From Glaucostegus cemiculus (lineage: Eukaryota), in the NCBI GenBank assembly GCA_976551045.1, contig CDPCPM010000114.1:22134001-22198000 (forward strand): a stretch of DNA of 64,000 bases. Direction: 5' to 3'. Shown here piece after piece: positions 16,131 through 27,156 of the stretch; positions within the stretch are counted from its first letter, which is position 1, and each line of letters starts with the position of its first letter. A model generated the notes under the pieces. The model saw only the letters and a program-made list of their open reading frames with translations, searched no databases and was not told where the DNA came from. Both the position numbers and the translations under genes were made by a program.

Positions 16131-16798
16131 AGCAATGACTTAATCATCAAAGCTCAAATACCAAAAATTAAAATTCCAATAAAATAAGATTCAAATCAAC
16201 TAAAACTTCAATAATTTAGCACCCTTGGGATCCTGGAAAACATGGACTACTGCTGGTGACTGTACACTAATCGGCCAGCAATAATTGTTGCTCTAACCTC
16301 AAAGCACTCCTCCCAGTCCAAAGGTTTGAGTGGTCCAATCTGAAATCTTACCTTGGGGCAAAGATATTGCTGCTTTATATATTAAAATTTATGCCTGCCT
16401 GTTAGGTCAATCTCTGGCTCAGTTAACCCTGTGATGCTTTTGACTGATCCAAACATTTCTAAACACTGCTGCAACACTCACAGCAGAAACATCTTACACT
16501 TGCGGTTTAGTAGTTTCTTCTTACTGGTTAGATAGGAGTCAATACAAACTCGCACTAAATCTGTTACATACATTAAATAGGGATTTGTCCATTATCAGGC
16601 AACTAAGAGGAAATTTAATAAAAATGTTGAAAATTAACAATGCGTTTCAATGTATAAGAAGAAACCTTACACTTGCAGGAAGTCAATAACTTGTGGACAC
16701 AGTAATTTTCAAAATGTAATTGAATACTCAGTAGTAATGTAATAAAAAAAAGAAAAATACGTGGATTGGAATTAATTGGTTAGCTCTTTCAAAGATCT

Positions 16799-17208
16799 CT
16801 ATAACTTTTTTTTTAATTCAGAGAAACGGAGCTGACGACATCATATTGTTCTATTTCTATTGAAAATTTTAGCCCAGTTTTTTTTTCCTTGTTTTGTTTT
16901 TTTTTTCTTTTTTAAAATTTATTTTTGGTTTAAGTTACTCTATATTATGATGATTTTTTTTATTGATTTGGTTTTTTTGGGGTTTTTTTCTCTAATTATA
17001 TAACAAATCTTTTTCTTTTCTATCTTTTACATTACACTTATGAACCGAGATTGTTGGAACTTTCTTTTATATATATCATACTTTATTGCTTTTTTTTATG
17101 ATTACCTACGATTGTTACTTGATATTTCTATAATACATGTGTAAACATTGTTGTTATATATCTTAACCTGTATTGATTTGTCATCAATAAAAAAGATTGA
17201 AAAAGAAA
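16799..17208 (+). mobile_element. 5'-truncated L1/Tx1-type 3' UTR insertion
   Basis: 17-bp TSD AGCTCTTTCAAAGATCT (16782-16798 and 17209-17225); T-rich body ending in AATAAA and an A-rich tail. Confidence 0.8.
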
Positions 17209-17272
17209 AGCTCTTTCAAAGATCTTGCACAGCCGAAATGTGCTAAATATCTTCCAGGCGGTACAACTCTAA

Positions 17273-18391
17273 GTAATGAAGATGGCGGCGCACCTGGTTG
17301 CAGCGGCCTCTCCCAGGTCTGTAGTCCTTGTCTTTTTTTGTTAGTCTTCTAGTGTTTTTCTGTGTTTTTTTCTTGTGTGTTCTTTGTTCTTGATGTTTGT
17401 GTGCCGTTTTATGGAGTCGTTGTCGGTACTGTCGGCTCCGACGGCTCGTCAGAGCTCATCGGAGGCGGCAGCGTCTTGAAGGCCCGGGAGCCTCGCGGTG
17501 GCGTCGGGATGCGGGCGGTGAGGGGGCTGCTTGGGCCGGAGGTGGTCGGCCTGCGGGGCTCGAGGCTGTCGGACTGCGGGGCCGGAATTCGGGGCCGGAG
17601 GCCGTCGGACTGCGGGGCCGGAATTCGGGGCCGGAGGCCGTCGGACTGCGGGGCCGGAATTCGGGGCCGGAGGCCGTCGGACTGCGGGGCCGGAATTCGG
17701 GGCCGGAGGCCGTCGGACTGCGGGGCCGGAATTCGGGGCCGGAGGCCGTCGGACTGCGGGGCCGGAATTCGGGGCCGGAGGCCGTCGGACTGCGGGGCCG
17801 GAATTCGGGGCCGGAGGCCGTCGGACTGCGGCGCCGGAATTCGGGGCCGGAGGCCGTCGGACTGCGTGGTCGGAATTCGGGGCCGGAGGCCGTCGGACTG
17901 CGGAGCTGGAATTCGGGGCCGGAGGTCGTCGGACTGCGGAGTCGGAGGCGAAGGAGCCGGGGGTCGTCGGCCTGCGGGGCCGGAGGTGGTCGGACTGTCG
18001 GACTGTGGCCGGAGGTTGTTGATGGTCTGTGGGCCCTGAGGTTGTAGGACTGCGGGGGTTGGAGGTGGTCGTCGGTGCGGGGTGAGGCAGGGGGGCTGTT
18101 AATGTTTTGATGTTTTTGTCCAGGTGTCCTTTATTGTCTTTGATGTCTTTTGCACATGTATACGTGTAAGTGAAAATCGATAAATTGATCCTGAATTTAA
18201 GTTCAATCCCCTTAGTTTTTAAGGTGTAATGATCTGTACTATGCATTCTGCCAAGTGTGTATGTGTCTCTCTGTTGGTTGTTATGTTATTTTTGTATGGG
18301 ACGAGCACCTGAGGAGGACGGTATATCGCTCCTCTGCATACTTTGTATGTATGTGGTTGTGACGATAAAACTGATTCTGATTCTGATTCTG
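17273..18391 (+). mobile_element. Non-autonomous retroposon with a Rex1/Babar-type LINE 3' tail and internal GC-rich VNTR
   Basis: 8-bp TSD AACTCTAA (17265-17272 and 18392-18399); (ATTCTG)n tail; last ~135 bp match the LINE 3' UTR at ~62418-62548. Confidence 0.85.
17571..17940. repeat. 36-bp GC-rich minisatellite, about 10 copies
   Basis: Unit GGACTGCGGGGCCGGAATTCGGGGCCGGAGGCCGTC; first seven copies identical, later ones diverge. Confidence 0.97.
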
Positions 18392-18733
18392 AACTCTAAA
18401 GGTATACCTTTAAACTGATGTACATACTTCTGTCTCAACAGCAATTGTCTTCAATGGACGCCATCATATACAACGTTAAAACTGAAGCAAAATATAGTGA
18501 CAGAACAATGTCCACAACAGCTTACTAGCTGAGGTATGATACAGGTGAAAGCAGCAGGGTGGTGGTGAAAAACATGGGGCAATAGGGAAGACTAAAGGAT
18601 CTACAGTCTACACTGTGAGAAACACAGCACCCAACAGGTTCACTGGAGTGATGTGTCAACTGGTTACACACTAAAAGCACTGAAGGCACAAATAACAATG
18701 ATAGAGCACAGATCTCCATTAAAATGCAATTAC

Positions 18734-18778
18734 CTTTCTTAGTTCCACTGTGACTTCATTTCTGTGCCTTCTCATAGT
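18734..18778 (-). CDS. KPNA3: KPNA3 coding exon 2 (TMRRHRNEVTVELRK)
   Basis: 45-bp exon, ttacag acceptor and gtaatt donor; IBB motif. Confidence 0.95.
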
Positions 18779-20234
18779 CTGTAACAGAAGAGGGATTGCC
18801 CAGAATTAATCAACTTTCTCAACAAAGTAGTAAACATTCAATGGCACTTCTCACTAACAAATCATTTTCACACACATTGCACTGGCAAAGTTAAATACTG
18901 CCCACCTTAAAATACATACACACAGATCTACCATTTAATTAGACTGTTGATAATCTGCAGGGAAAAAGGCCCTTCTGCCCATTGAGGCCATGCAGACGAT
19001 CAACCATCCATTTGCACTTATTCTACAGTAATCCCATTTTTAATTCTTCCCACATTCCCATCAACTTTCCCTAGATTCTACCACTCACCTACATACTAGG
19101 AGCCAATTTAGTGGCCAAATAACCAACCAAACCCATGTCGTTAGGGCGTGGGAGGAAACCAGAGCATCTGTGGGGGTGGGGGTCAGGGATGGTAACCCAT
19201 GTGATTACTAAGTAGACAGGCAAACTCCACACAACTCGATTGGCTGTGCCACCCAAAACACCTTAACTATACTTAACCTCATTCTGCAACCCTTAATCCC
19301 GAACAAAAATCAGTTACGAAATTTTCAAAAGGCCTTCCCCTGAAGTTATTTTTGGAATAGAGTTTCAGATTTCCTCTTTATTCTGTGTGAACTGCTTCTT
19401 GAAATTATATCTCAACCACTTCTAAGCGTGCATCCTCCTGCTCTGGACTACGCTACAAGTGGAAATAGTTTCCTGCTACACACCTGTAAATGTGTTTATC
19501 CCCAATCTATTGTACCTGATCATTCTGATTTGCTGTCTTTGCCAGGGCAACATACTCTAACAGAAAGCAACACTGAACATGTTTCAGACCTTTTGCCACT
19601 GCAAGCAGCAACTCCTTTTTTTTAAAAAACACAAACCCAAACCTGTTTATTTTTACAAACTGTGATTGGCAAAGGGTTACAAACATCTTGGCTGCTGCAT
19701 GACTTATGATAGTTTTGTTTTATGCGAAAAACAAAACTATTGCTTTATGAGAAAAGAACCATCATCTTCTGTAATGCACGTGGCATTATTCTACTCAGAG
19801 TGAATAGTGCCCCTTGATGCTGTAAAGTAAACAAACCCTTGTTTGGTCAGGGAAATATCAATCGGAAAGCACTCCTCATGTTGGATCCAGGCAAGAAGCA
19901 CATGGTAATCTTTTAATTAAGTTTGTTTTGCCTACAAAAAAAGTAACATCTGTACAAGATCAGACACCATTTTTCATATGTTCATTAGGATGTGTCATGA
20001 TAAATCTGATCTTTTTACTTACAGAATTAGCAGCTGTAATTGTGCACAAAATGAACATTTAATTCATATAGAGTACAATTCAAGTGAAAAATAGTCCACT
20101 GATGAGCTTGTGCGGTCAACTTGCTCAAGCAGCCTCACCTAATTATTCTGTGTTCAAGAATTTTAGTATTTCCTTATGTCTTATCATCTGTGTCAGATAA
20201 GTCATGGAGTAGAAACTACATGCTACATTCACCT

Positions 20235-20345
20235 TTATTATGTTCAGCATTTTAAGTCCAATAAAGGTAAATGTCGCATGCAGTTGCTAATCCACGACTT
20301 ATGCGACACAGATGATAATTGGACTTAAAATGCTGAACATAATAA
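20235..20345. repeat. 111-bp hairpin with perfect 28-bp inverted arms (MITE-like)
   Basis: 20235-20262 is the exact reverse complement of 20318-20345; inner stem TGTCGCAT/ATGCGACA. Confidence 0.9.
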
Positions 20346-20469
20346 GTTAACAAAAGTTCTGTGCAACAAATGTCAATTACAATACGACTACACTGAGGAA
20401 ATTTTTTAATGTCCAAATGTGACAAACATGGATATACTATTATCCGGCTCAAGAGAGGGAGCAAGTTTA

Positions 20470-21600
20470 TCAGAGGGGTGGGGGGGGCACAGGGGGGCCG
20501 GGGAGGGTGGCTGGGGGAGATGCGGGGGGCAGGTGGGGGGGAGGGGAGACACAGGTAGGAGGACGGTGACAGGACGGGGATTTGGGAGCATTGGAGGGGG
20601 AATGGAGGGGTGGAGTAGGAGTGGGGAGTGAGTGGATGGGGTAGGGTTGGGGGTGAGGTAGGAGTGTGGGGATGAGGGGTATGGTAGTGCTAGAGGTGAT
20701 GGGGTGGGAATGGGTGGGGGCCTGGTACTGGGGGGAGAGGAGAGGAGGAGAGAAGGGAGGGGTCCGTTGGGGGAGACAGTGGGGGAGGTTTGGTAGAGAG
20801 ATTGCGGGTGAGGGGGGTGAATGGGGGGGAGAGGATTGGGGGCAGGTGAGGGGATGGTGTAGGGGGTGGGTGAGATCAGGNNNNNNNNNNNNNNNNNNNN
20901 NNNNNNNNNNNNNNNNNNNNNNNNNNNNNNNNNNNNNNNNNNNNNNNNNNNNNNNNNNNNNNNNNNNNNNNNNNNNNNNNNNNNNNNNNNNNNNNNNNNN
21001 NNNNNNNNNNNNNNNNNNNNNNNNNNNNNNNNNNNNNNNNNNNNNNNNNNNNNNNNNNNNNNNNNNNNNNNNNNNNNNNNNNNNNNNNNNNNNNNNNNNN
21101 NNNNNNNNNNNNNNNNNNNNNNNNNNNNNNNNNNNNNNNNNNNNNNNNNNNNNNNNNNNNNNNNNNNNNNNNNNNNNNNNNNNNNNNNNNNNNNNNNNNN
21201 NNNNNNNNNNNNNNNNNNNNNNNNNNNNNNNNNNNNNNNNNNNNNNNNNNNNNNNNNNNNNNNNNNNNNNNNNNNNNNNNNNNNNNNNNNNNNNNNNNNN
21301 NNNNNNNNNNNNNNNNNNNNNNNNNNNNNNNNNNNNNNNNNNNNNNNNNNNNNNNNNNNNNNNNNNNNNNNNTGGTGGAAGAGGTGGGGAGAGGGAATGG
21401 GAGAGGTGGAGAGAGGGAATGGGAGAGGGAATGGGAGAGGTGGGGAGAGGGAATGGGAGAGGTGGGGAGAGGGAATGGGAGAGGTGGGGAGAGGGAATGG
21501 GAGAGGTGGGGAGAGGGAATGGGAGAGGTGGGGAGAGGGAATGGGAGAGGTGGGGAGAGGGAATGGGAGAGGTGGGGAGAGGGAATGGGAGAGGGGATGG
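20470..21600 (+). repeat. G-rich low-complexity tract and 22-bp tandem repeat flanking an N gap (20881-21372)
   Basis: Unit GGGAGAGGGAATGGGAGAGGTG, about 10 copies right of the gap; dense G-runs left of it. Confidence 0.92.
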
Positions 21601-21941
21601 GACAGGCTGCCGAGGGAGGGGTTAAGTGCGGCGGCCACGGTGCGCCTGCTGTCGCGCCCCCACCTCGCCCTGGCCCCCGCTCCACGGGCGCCGCCAGCCC
21701 CGGGCCGGGCCGGGCCGAGCCTCCGGCCCAGGCGCCTGCGGCTCCGGGCGTCGGCCGCCAAACCCGATCATGGCGGGAGGCGCCGGGCTCCTGCGCTGCG
21801 GCCTGTCCGGGGCCGCCGTCCACGCTCCTGGGTCACGGCGGCCGGCGACGGCGCCCAGCCCGCCGCAGGCCTCAGGCCTCGCCGGCCCACCCAACGTCAT
21901 AGGCCGCCGGCCCAACTGCAGCCTCACCCGCGGCTGCTCAC

Positions 21942-22010
21942 CTCCACATCGCGGCCCTTGTTCTTGAAGCTTTTGATGCGGTGATTCTCAGCGGCGCTGC
22001 TGTCGGCCAT
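21942..22010 (-). CDS. KPNA3: KPNA3 coding exon 1 (MADSSAAENHRIKSFKNKGRDVE)
   Basis: ATG at 22010-22008 in a CpG island, 69 bp, gtgag donor. ENHRIKSFKNKGRDVE matches the recalled KPNA3 N-terminus. Confidence 0.95.
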
Positions 22011-22059
22011 CGCGCTGCTCAGCTCCGCCCGCCACCCAGGAAACGAGAGAATGTTCCAC

Positions 22060-22311
22060 AAGCGGAGGTACCGGCGGCTGCCAGCAGGCGGCGGCAACCC
22101 GCCCTCGGCTTACCGGCAGCCGCCAGCAGAGGGCGATAACCTCGGGCTTGAAATGCCCGTCCCTGCCACCAGAGGGCGGTAGGAGGCGGGACGCCGGGGG
22201 CGAGACCAGGTCTCGGCAGAGCGGCGGGCGACCAATGGAAGCTGTAATACCGCCTCTCGCCACCGGGGGGTGGGGTTGTGGAGCAATTGTGCTGTGACCA
22301 GCAGGGAGCGA
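22060..22311 (+). promoter_or_regulatory. Array of five CTCF-like motifs, same orientation
   Basis: Cores at 22081 (CCAGCAGGCGGCG), 22123 (CCAGCAGAGGGCG), 22166 (CCACCAGAGGGCG), 22260 (CCACCGGGGGGTG) and 22298 (CCAGCAGGGAGCG). Confidence 0.65.
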
Positions 22312-22676
22312 CTGGAACACCGGGCAACCACAACAAAAGCGGCTGCAATGCCGGGAGCTGCAGGGGTGGAGAATCTGTGGTACCCGCAATTACAGAAGCT
22401 TTTGTCACCTGATGAACGATCCTCACTCAAGTCGCCTTGGGAACAAATAGAAGCTACTCCATGCAGTGAATAACCAAAACAAACATATAAGCATGGTTAT
22501 TGAATTCACTGAAAGCATGTTTCCGGGAAGGCTGCAAGGTTCCTGAAGAGGAGGAGCAGTTCGGTGCTAACCCTGGCGTGTTCCGTCTTGTGGTGATCTG
22601 AGAAGGGGGCGAGTGTGTCGGCGGTGGGATGGGGGGAGTTGGGCAGTGCGTGAAGGCAGTGCATAGAGGCGCAGGG

Positions 22677-22850
22677 ATGGGCGAGGAGGAGCCGCTGCTG
22701 AGCCCGGCAGCTCTGTACTCGCTGCTGCTGTGCTCCGCTCAGGTGCCCCTGGCTTGCGCGCTGTCGTTGTACTTCGGGCAGCGATGTTCTCCACTGGACC
22801 GGGCGCTCCTGGCCTGGCTCTGCTATGACTGCATCGTGCACTTTACCCTG
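22677..22850 (+). CDS. EBPL: EBP-like protein (EXPERA family), coding exon 1 (MGEEEPLL...WLCYDCIVHFTL)
   Basis: 174 bp ending at a gtaagt donor; WLCYDxxVHFxL motif. An in-frame upstream ATG at 22629 is an alternative start. Confidence 0.9.
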
Positions 22851-23314
22851 GTAAGTTGTTCTGCCTCAGTGTAAGGCGGCTAAAGTGCCCTTTTTTTGCC
22901 TCGCATCCCTTAAGGTAATTTGCTGTTTGGGGGATATTTTCCCGCGTGTAAGAAAGATGGGTTAGAAACAAGGCACATGAAGAATCCTCACCACTGCATC
23001 TATGTAGATGGGAATAGGTTTCATTTTACAAAGCGGGTTTTGTAACCTCGGAATTTCGAGAGAAGTGAAGCACATCTGAATACACGTACTGTTATAACGC
23101 AGCAGATGTGACCAGGACCCGCAATATATAGTCTGTTTTAATGATCTGAAGGAGAAACATCAACTCGGAGACACGGCTCTTCCAAAAATAAGGTACACTC
23201 AGAGCTATGTAGTGCCAAGTTCCCTCGGTATTTCACTGTCACACTCCTGTGCTCAAGTCACTAGAGTGGGACCATCCCACAAGCGGCTGACTTTCAGTGA
23301 AAAGGCTAAATTTG

Positions 23315-23835
23315 TAAATTGATTTATTATTGTCACATGTACCAAGGTACAGTGAAAAAATTTGTTTTGCATGTCATCCATAGAGATCATTTCATCACAT
23401 CAGTACATCAAGGTAGTACAAGGGAAAACAATAACAGAATAAAGTGTTATGGTTACAGAGAAAGTGTGGTGCAGGTAGGCAAGTTCATAACGAGGTAGAT
23501 TGTGAGGTCAAGAGTCCATTCTTACATTACTGGAGGACTGTTCAATGGTCTTATAACAGTGGGATAGTAGCTGTCTTTGAACCTGGTGGTACGTGCTTTC
23601 AGGCTTTTGTATCTTCTAGGAAGGGGTGGGGGGGGGAGAGAGAATGTCTCGGGTGGGTGGGGTCTTTGATTATGTTGGCTGCTTCACCAAGGCAGCAAGA
23701 AGTGTAGGCAGATTCCATGGAGGGATGGCTGTTTTCCGTGATGTGCTGAGCTGTGTCCACAACTCTGCAGTTTCTTACAGTCTAGGGCAGAGCAGCTGCC
23801 GTACCAAGCATGATGCATCTGGATAGGATGCTTTC
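23315..23835 (-). mobile_element. Rex1/Babar-type LINE 3' fragment
   Basis: AWYGSCSALDCKKLQ motif on the minus strand; 3' UTR resembles 5690-5815. Confidence 0.75.
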
Positions 23836-24836
23836 TAGGCAGACACTGAAGCTGAACTCTGTATAAGACATCTTTGCTCCTGTGCTCAATCACTATTTGA
23901 AATAATACTCCGCCTTTCTGTTTTCCTAGTAAAGGGGGGAACTTCACTTTTGTCCATGTTAGGTTTCATCTTCCATGGATTTGCCCACTCATCCAACTTG
24001 TCTAAGTCACTGTGAGTCTCTGCATCCTCCTCATAACTTTAAATCCCAAGCATTTTCATTTCATCAGCAAATTTAGACATACAGGCTGGCTCCAGGTTAC
24101 AAAGACCCAACTGATGGACACCCGCACATATGAACAAGCTCCTGTAATATTACTCAAAGGTCCATTGCTCCCTCATCCATTGATGTACATTCTGAGTGGC
24201 TGGGCTCCTGCAGTACTCAACTAGTTGACATTAGCTAGTCCAAGAAGACCCATTTATTCCTGCTCTTTGTTTTATATCTGTCAACTGCTCTTCAGTCCAT
24301 GCCAGTATTCTAACCCTAATGGCATACAAGGATGTCAGTAAGCAAATTGAAGCTGACAAGCAACATCACTGAAATATGATAGTGCAATGACATTAATGAA
24401 ATGATATTCATGGTGAATAAACTTACTTAAAGAGGGCTATCAAATCTACATATGCTAATTATAGTTAAACATATTTAGTACTTTTTTACATTTATGTGTT
24501 TACAGCAAATTAATTTAGTTCTCTTTCTTGAATGTGGGTATAGTAATGTTTAGTATATTTGAACAGGAAACTGTGGAATGAGTTGTTTTTTGTAGTTGAG
24601 CAAGATGTAAATATTACAACATATTAAAGGTACTTTTCCCTGTTATCCATTGAGGTTATTATCAGTTAATTAATTATGATGCTGTCTCCAGGAACTAGTG
24701 AAAGATAATGTTTAAGATTGGACCTAATCTTGCTCACCTGCTTCTTGAGAAGATCAGAGTGACATGAAATGTATTGGAATGTCTTAACTCACTTTGCAAC
24801 AAGTAAAATTAATGTTACTTTTGTATTGTATTGCAG

Positions 24837-24906
24837 GAAGGTCCATTTGTTTACATGTCCTTGACAGGGACTGTGGATCAATCCGATAACATTCTTGCTT
24901 TTCTGT
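24837..24906 (+). CDS. EBPL: EBPL coding exon 2 (EGPFVYMSLTGTVDQSDNILAFL + first base of W)
   Basis: 70 bp, ttgcag acceptor and gtaagt donor; frame-compatible with exons 1 and 3. Confidence 0.93.
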
Positions 24907-25860
24907 GTAAGTTCTCGATTGGAAATTACTGGTCAGCAAAATAAGCTTGATCTCACCAAGACAGTGGAATCTGTAGGATCTTTTGTGTTTTACAAAGAGA
25001 AGTAACAGAGCAGACCAATCAACAGAACACCTTTTGTTGCAAACATTAAATTAATAGCAGTGCCTGATACAACAATGTATCAAACATCGCCATGTGGTAA
25101 TCTCTAGTTTTATGTACACTTACACATATACACTGCTTTCTCTGTATTTTTCTGAAAAAAGTAATCAACCAGTTGCCTATATCTTGTACTACAATCAATT
25201 CACTATTTACGTCAATGTGTAATTGGAAGTTCAACCAACTGTGAATTCATTTGATCCGTGTTCACTGAACTCGTCATCTTCAACCAATGATAATCCCTGT
25301 GGATCAGGTTTCCATCTCTGTGCAACACACAAAATACTAGAGGAACTCAACAGATCAGGTAGTATCTCTGGACGGAAATGGACAGTCGACGTTTCGGATC
25401 AAGATCCTTCATCTTGCGATGTTATCTCCTCTGACTCTGCTTTTCTGCATCTAATCTGCTGCGATGGTTTCCAGTCTGCCTCACTGCCTCCTACACAGTA
25501 TCAGGTCCAGACCTAATGCAACATCCTTCATAGCATCTTCAGATTTTTGGAACTGCTTCTACAATGCAAATGCAGAGGTAGCTCTATCAACAGAACAACC
25601 TGTATTGAAGCAGTGAACTCTCAGTTAATGTCAGTACCTGGTACAACAATGTATCACAAATCATGATACACTCAGTTCATAAAGGCACACTTACATTTAC
25701 ATTTACATTCACTACACAGGCTAATCTGACTGCTGCCTCCAGCATTTTCCACCTGTATATTAAACCATTTTTCTCCTGCCCAGTAACACCTTGTTATGTT
25801 TCACTCACAGCGAATGTGTCATTGGTGTGTCTGCACATGCGTAGGTTGATGCAGGTATAA

Positions 25861-26049
<189 letters not shown>

Positions 26050-26934
26050 TAAGATCAGAATGTTACTCATTTTACAAAATGTCTAAGCTGTAACAGCTCA
26101 GTGGATGGAAAAACTCGTCAAAATTCACATTGATTTGCTTTTTCTGCACTTTGCAGTTATAAAAAAATTCTATTGTGGACAAATCCATTTTAAAATACTT
26201 AGTTCTGTCTCTCACAGATTTCCTTTGGTTCTGTCCCTTTTCTCTTTGGTCTGTGAAAGCATCAACCTATTTAAAAGCCATCTAGATAAGTACATGGATA
26301 GGAGAGGTTTGGAGGACTACGGGCCAGACACGGGCAAATGGGACTAGCTCGCTGGGCAAAACAGTCGGCATGGATGAGTTGGGCCAAAGGGCCTGTTTCC
26401 GTGCTGTATGACTCTATGACTCTCTTCAGGACCATGGTGCTGAGGGTACTGGCCTATCTCATTCTTTGTACGTTGAACTGCTCTTCAAGCTAGTAAAATG
26501 CAGTTTGACCAAGGAAGTTGATGAATCGTGGAAGACAACATTCACACAGCAGACTTCAATGGGAGGTGAACAACAGAGTTGAATGAAAGCACCAAAGAAC
26601 CCCCTATATCGGTATAATTACAGATCCAGCCAAGTACTGTTTTGATATTTATGGCTCAATTTCCATTGAGAAGTGTTTTTATCTGTTAAACCAGTGACAG
26701 AACATTGACTAATACTCTACATCCCCTGCTCTGTGATGTTCCCTTCACCCTCCAGAATAGTAAGATGAAACATAACACTCCTTTTGCCCTTACTGGAAAT
26801 TACATGAATGTAATCACCTTCAAAAGAATCTGTTGGTGAATGGCTCATGTCAGAACATAAGAGTAGATATCAGATCTTTCAATAATTAAAAGCAAAGGAA
26901 CACTTTTGCCCCTGGTTAACCATTGATTATAATA

Positions 26935-27156
26935 ATCTCCTGTCCAGTAACAGCCTTGTTATGTTTCACTAACAGTGAATGTGTCATTTGTGTGTCTGCA
27001 CATGTGTGGGTTGAAGCAGGTATAATTCCAGGTATGGATTCTACTACTGGGTTTACCATCTATGTGCTTCTAGGACAAGAGTATGGAAAAGCAGATGAAA
27101 GGTGGCTTTATTCAGATCTTACCATTGTATCGTTAGAAATTCTTACACTGGTGATG
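26935..27156 (+). pseudogene. Partial duplicate of EBPL intron 2 end plus 5' part of exon 3 (pseudo-exon)
   Basis: Colinear with ~25771-25990; translates [26 protein letters not shown]; acceptor AG retained at 27072-27073. Confidence 0.85.

Larger units (their letters stand above)
21600..22860. promoter_or_regulatory. CpG island / divergent promoter region of KPNA3 and EBPL
   Basis: GC- and CpG-rich block spanning both first exons; ATGs 666 bp apart; CCAAT at 22232; GC boxes. Confidence 0.8.

Noticed and set aside
17362-18246. Long overlapping ORFs in four frames; repeat superficially like a CRISPR array
   Set aside because: A stop-free 36-bp GC minisatellite opens several frames at once. 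There are no unique spacers or cas genes, and the context is eukaryotic.
20406-21984. 300-450 aa ORFs
   Set aside because: Artefacts of the N gap and G-rich repeats.
21622-22841. Multiple 75-135 aa ORFs on both strands
   Set aside because: CpG-island stop-codon scarcity; only the KPNA3 and EBPL first exons have protein similarity and splice donors.
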